Below, one piece after another: positions 47,468 to 61,196 of a stretch of 64,000 nt of DNA. Origin of the DNA: Perna viridis (taxonomy: Eukaryota); NCBI GenBank assembly GCA_037379345.1, contig CM074517.1:27156001-27220000 (forward strand), read 5' to 3'. The notes beneath the pieces are model-generated. The model was given only the letters and a program-made list of their open reading frames with translations, was not told where the DNA came from and made no database searches. The translations under genes and the position numbers were made by a program. Each line of letters opens with the position of its first letter. The stretch's first letter is position 1.

Positions 47468-50400
47468 TCATGACTTTGAATCTTTTTTCAATTCTTTCTT
47501 TTTGCCTTTCAAGGTCTCTTGAGCTACTAGTTTATCAACTAAGTCTTTTGTATTTTTGATATCGTCACCTTCGCCTGGAATGATTTTTATTGTTGTTTTT
47601 TCGCCTTTTGGTTTTGATTTTTTCTTCTTTCCACGTTTTCCTTTCTTTTTCTTCTTATTCTTGCGCTTTTTTCTGCTTTTGCCCTTTAGTTTAGATTTTC
47701 CTTCCCTCCTTCGTTTCCTTCCTCGCATGCTCTTCCGTCGCTTGCGCATTAACTTGCGCAGACGTTTTTGCCGCCTCCTTTCTAGTCTTCGTTTCCTTCG
47801 AAGTTCTCTATCCTGATTATTGATTGGTTTAGATCTAACCGAGGGAAAACTTCCTTTACTTATATGATTCGAATAGTCTGGTTGGTTGTTCATTGGTTGC
47901 ATCACAACCATCGGACCATCAAGCCCGTATATGATTGGCTTTTGTATAATGTTTGTTTGTTGGTTTGGCATACATTCTGCCTGGCATTCAGTTTTTGATC
48001 TGAAGTTATTTTCATTTCCATTGCATCCTTGGAAGTAAAACCAAGAACACTTTTGAATGTGAGTATTGAAATACCAGCGCACCCAACGTGCTCCACAGTT
48101 ACCGGGTTCCGGCGGCTTCTGGCAAATTCTAAGTTTAACTGAAAGAAGTGAGAAAAAAATGATACATGTTACATCTTTCACGGGGTCTAATTTTGGAAAA
48201 TATTTATCAAAGTGAAAATTATTGATTCGAAAACAAGAAAACACAAAAGCCCAATCGCTACCAATGTGTACAATTCCATAAATAATGTTAATTTCCATTA
48301 CATGGAATGTCTCTTTTTTATTGGGGCGTGGCTTATTTAACGAAAGTATGTTTGCAAACAACAATCATTTGATAACTAAAACCAAACTAAATTAAGTTCA
48401 AAAACATTTAAAAAAAAAAACAAAAGAAAGTGAACGTTACCAAGGTAACAGAATATGATATTCTATATTATATCTAGAATACAACTAAATACTTGTTTGT
48501 TGAAGAGAAACAGAGAGAAAAATCTAACTAAATAATCTAAAAATAGAGTTAAACGTGTCTATAAGGACCCTATCACGGATGATACAGAAGACGTCGCTTA
48601 GAAGGAGCAGTTCCAAAATAGAAAATTTTAACTTAATTCGTATCACTGTATGACAAACCCCAGGTATTGGCATGTGGATTGGTTAACATTTACATCGATT
48701 TTGCAGAACGGTTTTGTAAAGAAATAATTAATTTATAGGTTAGGCTTTCATTTGTTTTTTTTTCCAAGTTTGCATCAAAAGGAGATTCTAACCCAAAAAC
48801 CCTCTTTCTGGATCCACAACTGTAGAAACTCGTCATTTTCAATATCGTCTGCAATAGACACACATTATACTAAAAATCGCTTTAAGTAAAATTGTAATAA
48901 TTTTTTTTAATTTTACAGACGATTTTGTCGCCAACCACGGGGCACATGTGTCACCCAAAAAAATCAGGAAAAGAAAGTATGATTTAATGGATCGATATAG
49001 ACATGTTGTACTGTAACAAAATAAAAGGAACAAAAAAGAAATGTACCTTTTGTTAACATACCAGAGATTTGACTTTCAGCTATACACATCGGAAATGACA
49101 TATTCATCGGCCATTGCAAATGGCGGATTACACACAAACTCCCTTTGTCACAACTTTTTCCCAATTCCTGTAATTAGACATAAAAGAAAACATGTACATG
49201 TATCGAGATGGTACATGCAAAGTTTCGTTATTGCTATATGTGATTGTGGTCTTGTATAATTATGTTCCCGATAATTATTCTTAACCATCAAACTGACATG
49301 TTCGTTTCTAGATTTTCGCCGTAAAAAAATTTCAAACTGAGAATTTGCTCAAATCCTTGAGTTTGCCCATCTTCATTTTCAAGTAATTTGAGACCGAAAT
49401 ATAAATTGATGAAGGATTTGAAGAAAATTTAAATTTAATGAAACCGCTTCAAGAAGACACATTTAGCATTTATGATTTATCTTATTTTTGTTTTTTGTTT
49501 TTTATTTGTTTTTGGCTTCTACATGCTGGTTATTGTTTTATGTTATATTTGTCTATGCTTTTTCTTTCCATTGTCGGACTTCATACTTTTCTTTTAATCT
49601 CTCGAAGTGTGGACTTCAACATACATGTAATCCGGACAAAACTAAGTTTTCTATTTCGAAATATGTGCATATTTGGAAAACTATGCTCGTACCTACAAGT
49701 TTGATCAAGAGGCTAGTCCAGTGAGACTAGATATCGTAGAGTCTCATTCTGCATCCCTAAAGAACAACAAAATGGAAAGTGTCGACTCCGCGTTATATCA
49801 ATTCGCATACATGTACATTGTGTGAAATCTTGTCGGCGTAGTAACCATATTTTTTAACGAAAGTAGCTGTTAACATCTAAAACGACAAGCTATTTTCTCA
49901 TTTGCTGCTTTCAATTATGAAGAAATATCTTTTTGCTTTTAGGATGACTAAAATATAGGAATTGAGGTATAAATGTGATGACAAATATGCGATTTTGACG
50001 TGAGACAGAAATGATTTAAGCAATAAGGATGCATAAGGAATTTTGTTAAGTCAAATTTACGGCAAACTTGCAGACGCCAAAAATCGTATAAAAACGTTGG
50101 AATTTTTACTACTATGTTGCATAGTTCTTCACATCTCATTCTTCAAGTAGATTTCTGACAAATACATCCATTCGCAACTTTGATTAACCAGAAAAGATAT
50201 ATTCTGTCAGAGATAACACCCTGAACTGTTTGTTTGAATAGAGCACAAATCACAAATAAACTATGTTTTTCAATGCCGTTGCTATGAAAATTCAGAAATG
50301 TAAGCATTGAATTATGGGAACAGTCATACCTTTATATTTTCTTCTTATCAATTATCAATCAATCATGTTGATTTGTGCGCAAAATCGCATGTCCGCACCG

Positions 50401-50600
50401 TGTGTAACCAGCCATGGATCAATTTTGACTCGGTTTTAGAAAGATATCAAAACGTTTTATTATAGTAATATACAAAGTCTGCAATACCGATAAAATTTTC
50501 TCATATTATTGCAATCCATGTTTGCAATAAAAGTAAAAACACTTACCAGGCATTTCTTCTGGGCTTCTTTTCCAATTGTCAAAGTCTGTCCATCCGAAAT
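47468..50600 (-). CDS. Kunitz/BPTI-domain protein with N-terminal FOLN-like Cys module and highly basic tail (5'-partial)
   Basis: Exons 50600-50547 (ISDGQTLTIGKEAQKKCL, phase 0), 49167-49062 (ELGKSCDKGSLCVIRHLQWPMNMSFPMCIAESQIS) and 48138-47468 (VKLRICQKPPEPGNCGARWVRWYFNTHIQKCSWFYFQGCNGNENNFRSKTECQAEC...K/R-rich...KKDSKS*). All GT-AG and in phase; six Kunitz Cys and GNxNNF present. The first exon was not identified. Confidence 0.85.
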
Positions 50601-53600
50601 CTGAAAATAAAGATTAAATTATTATAAAACATACACCAGATGAGTAAAAAAACACTTTAAAAAACATTTGTTCATTGAAATACATTATGCTGCTTAAAAA
50701 GACGCTAATAGGAAATGAAGTATATGTATCTGAGAGACTTTTACTTGGAATTTATCAACTTCTTCACTTGGATTTCATCATTCAGAAAATAATAACAGTT
50801 CGAAGCTACATTTGTGTCAATATGTTTGTGTGGCTAAGTATTCTTGACTTCACAGATGACAAGAAAATTTCCATCGAAAAAATTTAAAGTCAAAGCGCCT
50901 GGCGTTCCGGACGCCACATCAGATCAGGAAGAATCACAAAACGTTTTTTTTCAAATGATGTCGTTTATTAATGCGTGACCAATCAGGAAATCGGAAATCA
51001 TCTGAGTAATTAAAATGGAGGTGTGTAATAAAACAGACTATTTCTTCTGATTTTTCTTCTACAATAAGTGCTTTTACCGATTTTTTTCCAGACTGTTCAG
51101 GAATGTTTTGCAAACTGTAAATTGCAAAAAAAATGCAAAAATGACTTCTTACATTGGAAACCTCTTAAATACCATTAGTTAAGTATGTACTCTGTTGTTT
51201 TATTTGAGTATTTAGTTAAGTAATTGAAAAACAAACAGAAAAAAATACAATCTTTGAAGCTTTTCAGAACACCGGTGATATAGTACGGAGAAACGACCTC
51301 TACCGACATCGGTTCTTTTTTGCTCACATTAATAACTGTACCAACATCAACCCTGCCAAAATTTTACAACCAGATTCTATGTAAATTATGCCACTGAACG
51401 CCTGTTACGTATCAGACCACGCGCATTCCGTTTCTGTTTATACTTTTAACATGCAATTACAACATAAACCTTTTTGATCTGAAAGATTATTGATATTAAT
51501 GCGAACGATTAAGTATGATCAATACCATATTGAAAGAATTGCTTTGAAAGAAAACCAAAATTGTTTCATACTTGTTTAATGTCTTGGCACTTCGTCCCTC
51601 CCATTTGCGGCTTGTTGAAATTACGTTTTGGGTCATATAATAAGTCTTTCGCCAATCTTACATATCTCGAGTTATTTTAATATTAAGAAGGTTGCCTTGT
51701 GTTTAGAAGAAAGATGTAATGCATATGGATGGTTTTGCAAAAAAAGCTTTAGTTAACGAGGCTACTTAGTACTACTTGTTGAAGACGTCCAAAAAAACCA
51801 AAAAAGTAATTACTTTTTTTATAAAAGTTTTGTTTATATGTTTTAATGAACGACAGGGTAATATGGGTGGAGAGAACATCCGACCTCGTAATTTGTCACG
51901 GCTTTTCTCGTTTTCTTGTAAAAAGTGTTAAGGTTATATATCCCTATAAATGCCACGTAGTTTAATAAAAACAAAACAAAATGCGTGCATGCTAGCTAGT
52001 ACTTAGCTTATACAAATTTCAGAATGAATTTTAATGTCATTTTGGCGACAGTTAAAAGGTTAGAAAGCTGATCTCCTACTGCGCTGCTAAGTGCAATTTT
52101 GTAGGTGTAAAATGTAATTGAAAACTTTCGCAATCTCATGATAATATAAGCCTTTCTTAATGAGTGTCTTATCGCCAATATCAGAAAATATAAAATCCTT
52201 TAAATTTGTTTCAAATGAGCGTCTTCGATCCAAGTGAAAAACAGGGACGGGTACGCTTAGAAACAAAGCTGATATTTATTTCAATCTTGGTAAAAGTATT
52301 AAAAAATGGTTTAGCTTTCGTTTTCCAAGATACATGTAAGTCTTAATGGAGATTAAATGATAATTAAACGAAATATGAATCAAACTATCCTAGGAGTGGC
52401 GTTAGGAACCTTGCACTGTTATACAAGATAAGATCATAGATGTATACAAGTGCCATGACTGTTATTATGAATGGAATGTTCACATAGTCGGAAATAAAGT
52501 TGCGTTCGATAATTCAGCTAGCCGAATAGTCGAGTGGCCAAGAAGTTAAACTTGGTCGATTATGGGGTTTTCAAAGGATTAAATTAGAAACAAAATCAGT
52601 ATGTTTGAGTATCGTGTCTGGATTTTGTACTAAGCCTCATGTGTACCACAAGACCACCATCCGAATGCCTTTTAAGGTCATTCTACCAACATGTCGAACT
52701 ACATCAACCTATTAACAAAGGGGCCATAAATCCATCAAATTAACCTTAATCATTTAATAATGTGCATGTTTACAAATTGAAATGTGATTATGATGGACAA
52801 GTTTATTTTCTTCTGTACTTGATATATATTACTCATATTCTTAATGCCCCTGAGGTCTGACAAAACAAGACAAATTGTCACAAAATAGCTTTGATATATT
52901 CTTGTCTTCAGTAAAAGATACCGCGAACACGGGATTTACACGTTGTTTCGATCGTATAACGTTGCGGGGAAACTTGAGTTCTCTTTTATACATTGTATCA
53001 CCAATGTTTAATCTAACGACCTTATTTAAAACGACATTTAACAATGTATGTGTCATCAATGGTCTGGGGTTTGATTTTCACTAAAATATTCGTCTCTTGT
53101 TTTCGTTTCTTGCAAAGTGCACTATCATCATCATTAGATATCTCAATGATCCCGTCCAACATTTTAAAGAAACGAAACCTTTAACATAATACCTTGCATG
53201 ATACAAAAGCTTAGCAATGTAACTGATCGCTGCGTATTCAAATTCTTAAATTTTCGTTCTTGATTTCCGCAATATAAATGCAGTATGGAAATCTTGTAGT
53301 TGATATGTTAATGTTCATCTGCAGTTCAAGAATCTCACTGGAGACCACAATTTTTTGCCAAATCAACAATAAATATTGTCTTGTTTACTTGCAAAACTTG
53401 TATTACATATGTCTTTAGACATATTATACATAAATTTAGGTATAAATCATATAATTATACCCAATTTGTCGCAGACAAAAGCCGTATATCTTAGCCTACT
53501 GTGAGATGGGCTTGACCGCTATTTACTACTTTCTTAAGGGTTTATAATTAATACTCCCATTCAGAGGTCACAGCGAGGAGCATAAAACTTATACTATAAT

Positions 53601-56600
53601 TTTGTGATAATTTATGTTCTCTATACCCTTGGTTTTGTATGTGTTATGTTGACTTATTTGGAGGGGAAACCGAAAACTACCATTAAATGGATGATTACAG
53701 AATAGATTCTAAAATGGACTGTAATAGCGATGTCCGAAACTTGGCGACGTAATTTTTGTTGACCTTTTGGTGTACTTGTGTACTATAATGTATCTATTGT
53801 ACACAAATTCTGAGGACAAATGATGCACTAAAATTTTTTTTTCACTCAATGACAAAAATACTCAAAGACTGCAATTAGCGAAAAATAAGAAAAATAGCTA
53901 AATGTAGGAAGTGCTTCTTGAGTGAAACTAAATCTTTATTCAGCAAAAAGACTAGTTTTATCAAAAAAAATGTCTGAAAGTCGGTCACAATCTCGATTTG
54001 GTAATAAGCTTTAAATATACGAATTTCGGATCGAATTCATCCATCTAAAACTCACGACAACAAACATTAAAGTGAACCACATCAAGAAGTGCGAAGTTTA
54101 TTACGGCTCCATGTTTTATTGATTGGCATAACATCACATTAATGTTGCCGACCTTCTTTGTAATAGATGCTCCTTAATATATAATTAAGAGTTCCACTGT
54201 GACGGGCACTATCATTCAAATATGGAAAAGAGACGTTCTAATGCCATTAATTGCAGAGTTAACGATCTGATATAACGGGGGATAGATTTTTCCAATCAAT
54301 TTCACGGAGTTTAATTAACTTTAGAATATGCAACAAGTTTTCAATTAAAATGGTAATATTTTTGTTCTGCAGCTAAATGTTCGTTATATTTGTCAGTGAA
54401 CTAGTAACTACCGTAACATGCAATACTTAGGATGATCGAGAAAAAAAAACAATCTGCAATGATAATAAAAAATCGATCTCGGATATTTCATGATGGATTC
54501 GGAAAAATGAAATATTTAAACCATTATTCAAATAAGTTAAACCATGGAAATAAATGTTGGTTCCATAACACTTGAAAACTGCGAAAACTTGTACATATAC
54601 TTAAAAGTATGATGATTCTTTAAATATGACCTAGCTTTTGGATTTCACTAGTTTACAAGAAAAAACAATTATAGCAGACCACCAAAACAAAATATAAAAA
54701 GGGTCTGAAATGATCGTCATAGTTGGACATCTTAAATCCTCATAATTAAAACCAAATAAATAAAAAGAAAATCGCCTGACGACAGAATATAATCATTTTT
54801 GTAGTATCAATTGGACTAAGCATAGACATGTGAAAAACCAACATCGTCTGGACTAAGACGAGACAAAAATAAATAAGTTTTAAATTAAAAAAAACAAAAC
54901 AAATCTTAACCCTTTTATACCACAAAATACGTACAAAAATTAATACAACACGTAAATTAATGTAGACGTCGTTTCATCACAGACCCTTCTGTCTCAAATG
55001 CGGAGTAGTCTTTGTACATGCCCCGGCAATACAACTTCAGCGATGATTTTTTTTCCTTTTAACCCAAGCTTTCCCTCGCCAACGTATATGTCTCCCATGA
55101 TCATCAACTACCCCGCGGTAAAGACAAAAGGGTAACTATAATAACCTAACTCAATAATCTATTTGATATAAATATGGCTATCACAGTTTCAGAAATACCC
55201 ACGTCAAGACAGTAAAATTAGCATATAGTGTTGGCAGTGAGAAATAATCAAATTGTTTATTAAAAAAAAACAAAACAAGCCGGTCATGGCTTTCCGAACA
55301 TCTAAATCAAGATAGCATAAATTAACACGGCTGTGCCAAAGAGAGAACAACGACCTTTTAATCTATCAAGCGGTTAAGAGGTCTCTTCTCGATTATTATA
55401 TCGCACTGCCTATTAAAGCCTAAATAGTCAACCGTTTACTTATCTCATAGATTTTCTGTCAAATATGGTTTACATGTGAGCTCTGCCAAAGTTAGGGGTA
55501 TGGGTATATTAACCTTTGGTCCGGGGCCAACAATGCTTAATCTAAACCTGATTTATGTGAAACCACTTTGCTAATTATTTCTCCATTTTCATTCCATTGG
55601 ACACAAATTGAAATAAAGTAGCAAAATAAAAAAGATTAAGATAGATATCACTCTCTGTGGGGGATAAAATGCATTGAAAACTTGTAAGTGAGTCCATTTT
55701 CTTAAATTTAATGTCCCCTGCTTTGAAATAAAAAAGAAAGGTAAATTACTACTGCTTTAAATGGTATTTATCCAGTTGAAAGAATACCTCTTAACAAGTT
55801 TATTACAAATTGGTTCTCAACAGGTGAACAAAAGAACTCTGCAGTTTTTGAACACGTAGGTACAACCCCTTTCAAGTACGGCACTATTGTTGATCCAACT
55901 GAATCGCACATGTCAACTCAACAAAATTAATTCCATTTTCTAATACTATTGAAAAAGAGAGTGTCGGGGAGCGAAAATTATACATATATTTGTTAATGGC
56001 ATTTTGACCCCTTGTTACACCTCCCAGCGTAACACTTAAATTACAAATATGGGAATATTTGTTTACAAATGAATATTAAATGGATCATTATTTGTTAAAG
56101 GAATTATTCCAGTGAGTGAAATGTTATCCTTTAAATGTTTTTCACGTACTACTTCTATTCTAAACCGTGTCAGAACTACATTGAAATATTTTGGTATGAT
56201 TGAATAATCAATTTACGCAACCCAGGCGAGATTCCAGAGATTTTGAAATGGGCGAGAAAAGAAATGACAGGTTTCCATGCTATTGTTTGCTCATTTTTGC
56301 CCAATTTTTGTACAACCTCTCCTACACACTTTGGATCCGTACATGTAATTGCAATCGGTTTCGTTTATTTAATCGGTTCTATGAATATAGTAAATCTTAT
56401 AACTTTAGCTCTACATAATTTGCAAAATACAGTGGACAGAAGGAAAACCAAAAAAAAAATGCTTACAACAATATCGCACAAAGTCATGTACATCAAAAAT
56501 ATCACGTCCAAAGGATAAATACTAACCAAAGACTGTTTTTATGGAACACAACAATGAAACAAAACCACAAAAAAACATCCATAATAAGTTTAGAAACATA

Positions 56601-57489
56601 CAAATACGTGTAGCTGAACGTTAAAAATAAACAACTAAGAACTCTAAAACCGAGAGCGTAGACAAAGTACATTGAAAGGGTCAGCCACACGCCAATGTTC
56701 GTGTAAATGCTCAATAATAATTGCTAGGATTACAGACATTACAAAGTTCATTGAACAAGCAATGAAATTAACACTATGGGTAGAACTATAAAACATCCAG
56801 CTAACATCTCACACAAACAGATATTAATATTTGACCATATCTGCTTAATGCTTAAGAATTTCGCTTCTGTGTACATGGACCACCATTTGAAAAGCAACTG
56901 ACTTAGTTTATAACCCGAGTCGTGAATTTGAAAACGATCCCTTTATTCAAGCATTAGCGACAGGGGATATTTTTACGTTTAGGGATCATCTTCAGTCATA
57001 AATCAATCGAAAACCCATAATAAAAAGGATTTTATCATGCCCTCATATCTTTCTATTGTCGCATTAAATGCGGGACTAAGCGACATGGGAGTGTCTTTCT
57101 TTTGGGTATTTAGTCGCAAAGAAAGGCACTTTCCACATTTTTGTGTTTTAAATCTTCTCCTTATCTCCGATCAACAAACATGGCACATTTAATTGTTATG
57201 AATGAGTTTAAAATTCTTGTTTAATTTAATGGTGGTTACGTTAAGGATTAGAATACTATAACCACATAAAAAGTTTTACACTGAAGGATTTTGTTGTACA
57301 AAAAAGACATTCTTTTGTTGGTTAAATAATACGGCAGTAAATTCATTCATAAGCGACAGTCATAGTCCATCTGGATGACTTCAAAGTAAATAATCGAACC
57401 CGCCCGCGAGTAAACAATGGCGACAACATTTCTGGAGTTTGGAAAGAATTGACCATTCGAATTCGTAGCTTACAATTAATGGTCCAACA

Positions 57490-57750
57490 CAATTATCCGG
57501 ATGTGGTAAGAAGAAAGCAAAAATGGAAAATAGCCCCGTAGCATGAAACTGCGGGTACATCAAACACGACTGGACTGCATTGGCATTGATTGGGACAATG
57601 CAACACCGTTTCCGGTATAGTAGTATCAAAGATTCGTTCCTCGCAATAAATGATAAAACAAATAAATCGGATGTGGTATTAAGAAAAGCAAAAGGCCAAT
57701 TACCCCGTAGCATGAAACGATGACTGGACTACAATGGGATTGTTGGAGAA
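57490..57750. repeat. Diverged ~170-bp tandem duplication
   Basis: CGGATGTGGTA..AAGAAAGCAAAA...CCCCGTAGCATGAAAC...GACTGGACT at ~57498 and ~57668. Confidence 0.7.
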
Positions 57751-58736
57751 AACTATACTTAAATGACCTATCCAAGATTTAGAAAACAAGCCTAAGAAAT
57801 TGATTTAGTTAGTGAATTACAGTTACCACTAACTGCTCATAACTATCAAGAACACGCAGAAACTAAATTGTCACAAAATTACCCTAAGGAACAATTCTAA
57901 AAAGACTGGTTTTCTTTTCAAATAATTTGGTACCAGGGGATTCAGATCTTTGTGAAATGGGAATCCAGTCTATGATGTGCTCATTTCTGCCCACTAGTTG
58001 CACAAAATTATCAAATTGTCCAAAATTTTCAAACAAAAAGGGGACGATTCGATCCCCAAGAACCTTCCCCTAGACCCCTCCCCCTTTCACTAATTTTGTG
58101 GATGTACTAATTCGACAAAAGTCCTTAAAATTAGCCCCTTTTTGGGCAAACGAGATAAAAATCCTATTAGATTTTTGATAGCATTTGTTCCGCTGTATAT
58201 GCTTTTCGTAATCCTGTAGTTATTTCAGACTTCATTCCGTAAACATTAAATCATGAACTAAGGTCAATATCCGTGTCCTTACAAATTGCACCCGTCTTCT
58301 AATGGGTGTGTTTGATTACATAGTTAGCTTGAGCTTAATTTACCTTTCACCTAATATTTTTTGACAAGTTTGCTGCTTGTTTGCTGCTTCATGCGTTTTT
58401 AACATATAATGTTTGATGGCAGTGATAACTATTTATAATTTTGACAAGTTAATGTTGACAATATTATATTATATAAAAGAGTAAAATGAAACTTTAAATG
58501 CTTAATGGTCTCCGTATAATAGGATACCTCGGAATGCGTACATTTTATGGGGCAGCTCTGCATAAAAACGAAATGAATTGTTCCTTCATAAAGGTTAAGT
58601 CAGACACAACTCAATTTTATGGTATAAAGCAGCATGATTATGTAGAAAATACTAAGAGAGAACATTCATTATAACAAAGATTGACCAAGCGTAGTAAGGT
58701 AAACGAAAATGCTGGTATGAGTTTTAACGGTGCTGA

Positions 58737-58881
58737 CAGGGACGAAATCAGACACTTTGAAATTGAGGGATGCCAGCCTGAGTTCCTCAGAAAAACATAT
58801 TACCATTTTTATTGATTTTACATATGAAAATGACTTTTCCAATAAAAGGGGGTTGCCCCCCCTCCCATGGATCCGCCACTG
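58737..58881. mobile_element. GC-rich MITE
   Basis: CAGGGACGAAATCAGACACTTTGAAA ... GGATCCGCCACTG; same family as 59042-59219. Confidence 0.6.
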
Positions 58882-59041
58882 ATGAGATATTGAATTACCC
58901 CGTTCACTTAGGTGTTATGTAATTACTTTCTATTTGTTTTATCATACCCAAGTCTTATGCCATAGTTATTGCTATAAAATGGAAAACCATGCCAACTTGA
59001 CCTTTGAATAACTCAGTTGAAAACTACTGTACTTTTCATTA

Positions 59042-59219
59042 CAGGGCCGGATCCAGACACTTTGAAAAGGAGGGGGCCAACCGGAGGTCCTCTGAGAAAA
59101 AAGGGGAGTGCTAGGATATTGTTTACCATTTTGTGTAATATTTACTCATGAATATGACAAATTTTCCAATAAAAATAGGAGTGACAATCTCCTACATCCC
59201 CCATTTGGATCCGCCACTG
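59042..59219. mobile_element. GC-rich MITE with 5-bp TSD
   Basis: CATTA|CAGGGCCGGATCCAG ... TTGGATCCGCCACTG|CATTA. Confidence 0.75.
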
Positions 59220-59828
59220 CATTATTTTAGGCAAACATATATTTTGCACACACATCTTTATAGAAAATTTTATGGCATGTGCACTTACTTAACATGACTA
59301 GACAAAATTCATGGATAACTTTCGCACGACCATTCGAATTGTCCGAAGATTATACTCAACAACCCTCGAGGGCTTATAAAGATTTTGTCGTCTCATCGCA
59401 AAACACCCAGAAGCTTGCAACACCGAGAGGTTTGTATTAACGAAGATGACTTAGCAAAACAGTTCTTAATTTTAGTATGACTGTGATAACTACTATAGTA
59501 CCGATTGGACTATTCGAGTTGACCACAATTATAAAGACGTCCATACATAGTTCTCTAAGGACATATTTGATGCCGATAATAACTGTAAAATGTCAGACGG
59601 AAGAGTGGGAGATTGATTTAGAGTGTGGGAAAACATTATTAGTCTCATAAATATGGAATTACTTTACATATATAAATGATAATGACAACTGCAAATTTTT
59701 GTCATTTCCGCGTAGGACCCATATGCGGTAAATTCCTAAATAACTAAAGCTATTCCATCAAATTTTACGAGGTTTTTAACTTCACAAAAGAATGCAGTCT
59801 ATCGCTTCATATGCCATAGCTTTTTGGG

Positions 59829-59906
59829 ATGTTGTTGTTGTTGTTATTTTTGTTGTTGTTTTGTTGTTTTGTTGTTTTGTTGTTGTTGTTGTGGTGGTGG
59901 TGGTGG
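59829..59906. repeat. (GTT)n/(GGT)n imperfect microsatellite
   Basis: Direct observation. Confidence 0.85.
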
Positions 59907-61116
59907 CAATATAAAATTTTACCGATAGAAACGACCACGACATTCTGAATCAGTGACGACATAGGCAGACCCAAAGTGGGGAAGGGTCATGGACCGGCAC
60001 TGGACGATCCACATAATCAGGAAGAGTTCTATACTGAGAAGTTCGGTAGACAAATTTCTGCAAATGGTATCTTTCATCCTTTTAACCTAGATAAAATGAA
60101 TGAAGGAAATTTCTTGGGTATTGACCGGTGGAAGGACAAACCTGTTTCTTTGAGTAAGAACAAGAGCCTGGAAAAGTTAGTGGAAACCAGACAGTTTGTC
60201 TTTGTCTTTCTAAACACTGTCTAAAAGTGCAGTACGAATACCAACGTCTCAAAAATGATATTTCAGTTTTGTATGCCCCATTTCTTTAACTCAAAAACCA
60301 CTCGCTGGCCTACTGAAGATTATGCTTTCATACACAATAAAAAGAGTGAATTCTATACGAAGTAATTACGATTTAATTTCAGTAGCAACTTTCTCAAATA
60401 ATATAATTACCATTGCAGCTTGTTAAAGTACATTCATAGACATGATATAAGCAGGTTGGTGGTGAAAATGAAAGAAAAAGTTTGGTAACGTAATTTCACA
60501 CGACTCAGTTAAATCTGTATTCACGACTAGTTGCTTTAAAAAGATTATGTATACAACTTCGTAAGCCATGATAAAAATACTGAAATGAGTAGATGTATTG
60601 TAATCCTCGCTCAGTTACAACTACGGGCAATAAAATCTTAATTGAAATATCCCACCTCAAACCAAGAAAAAAAATCTTCTCGCACACCCCCGATCATCTC
60701 TATCATTAAGCATTAAGAGTGTTTAAATGAAATTTACATTGAAACTTCATAAAATATATCAAGGAGAGTGGCGCTAAGAAGATATGTACAGACGGATTGA
60801 CTGATATGTAAACGGAAAGGGCCAAATGTTACTATAAGCTCTAAATTTAGTTAGCAGCGATTATAATTCAAATACAATCACGTGGTTCTTGGGGCACTAG
60901 TTCTAAAATCAATAATCAAGTTAAACAAAGAAACCTGACAATACCGAACCCTGGATAATCCAAACAACCTGTCTGAACCAGGCACATTTTAAATCTCCTT
61001 AAATCAATTTAAATGTATTTTGGACCTAAAGTTAACCGAAAAACAAAAACAAATTTAAAGTCTAAAAGGGGTTCCGTTTACATATGATAGTATTTCCGCA
61101 GTTCAAACCCTATAGG

Positions 61117-61196
61117 GTCGAATCTTTTTGTCTCTGATTGTGGGTTTATGGATATAGATATCCATAAAACCACAATCAGAGACAAAAAGATTCGAC
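61117..61196. repeat. 80-nt near-perfect palindrome
   Basis: 39-nt arms, 2-nt spacer, one mismatch. Confidence 0.9.

Noticed and set aside
48139-48364. N-terminal part of the 298-aa ORF
   Set aside because: Intron read-through upstream of the acceptor at 48138; the true upstream sequence comes from exon 49167-49062.
56600-56692. Signal-peptide-like minus-strand ORF MYFVYALGFRVLSCLFLTFSYTY as first exon of the Kunitz gene
   Set aside because: Its GTATGT donor is phase 2 but the next known exon starts in phase 0, and no bridging exon was found. Other phase-0 candidates (~51572-51604, ~56467-56493) lack a signal peptide. Left unresolved.
59976-60224. 82-aa ORF with coding-like composition
   Set aside because: GTG start, no recognisable domain or splice partners; probably a repeat remnant.
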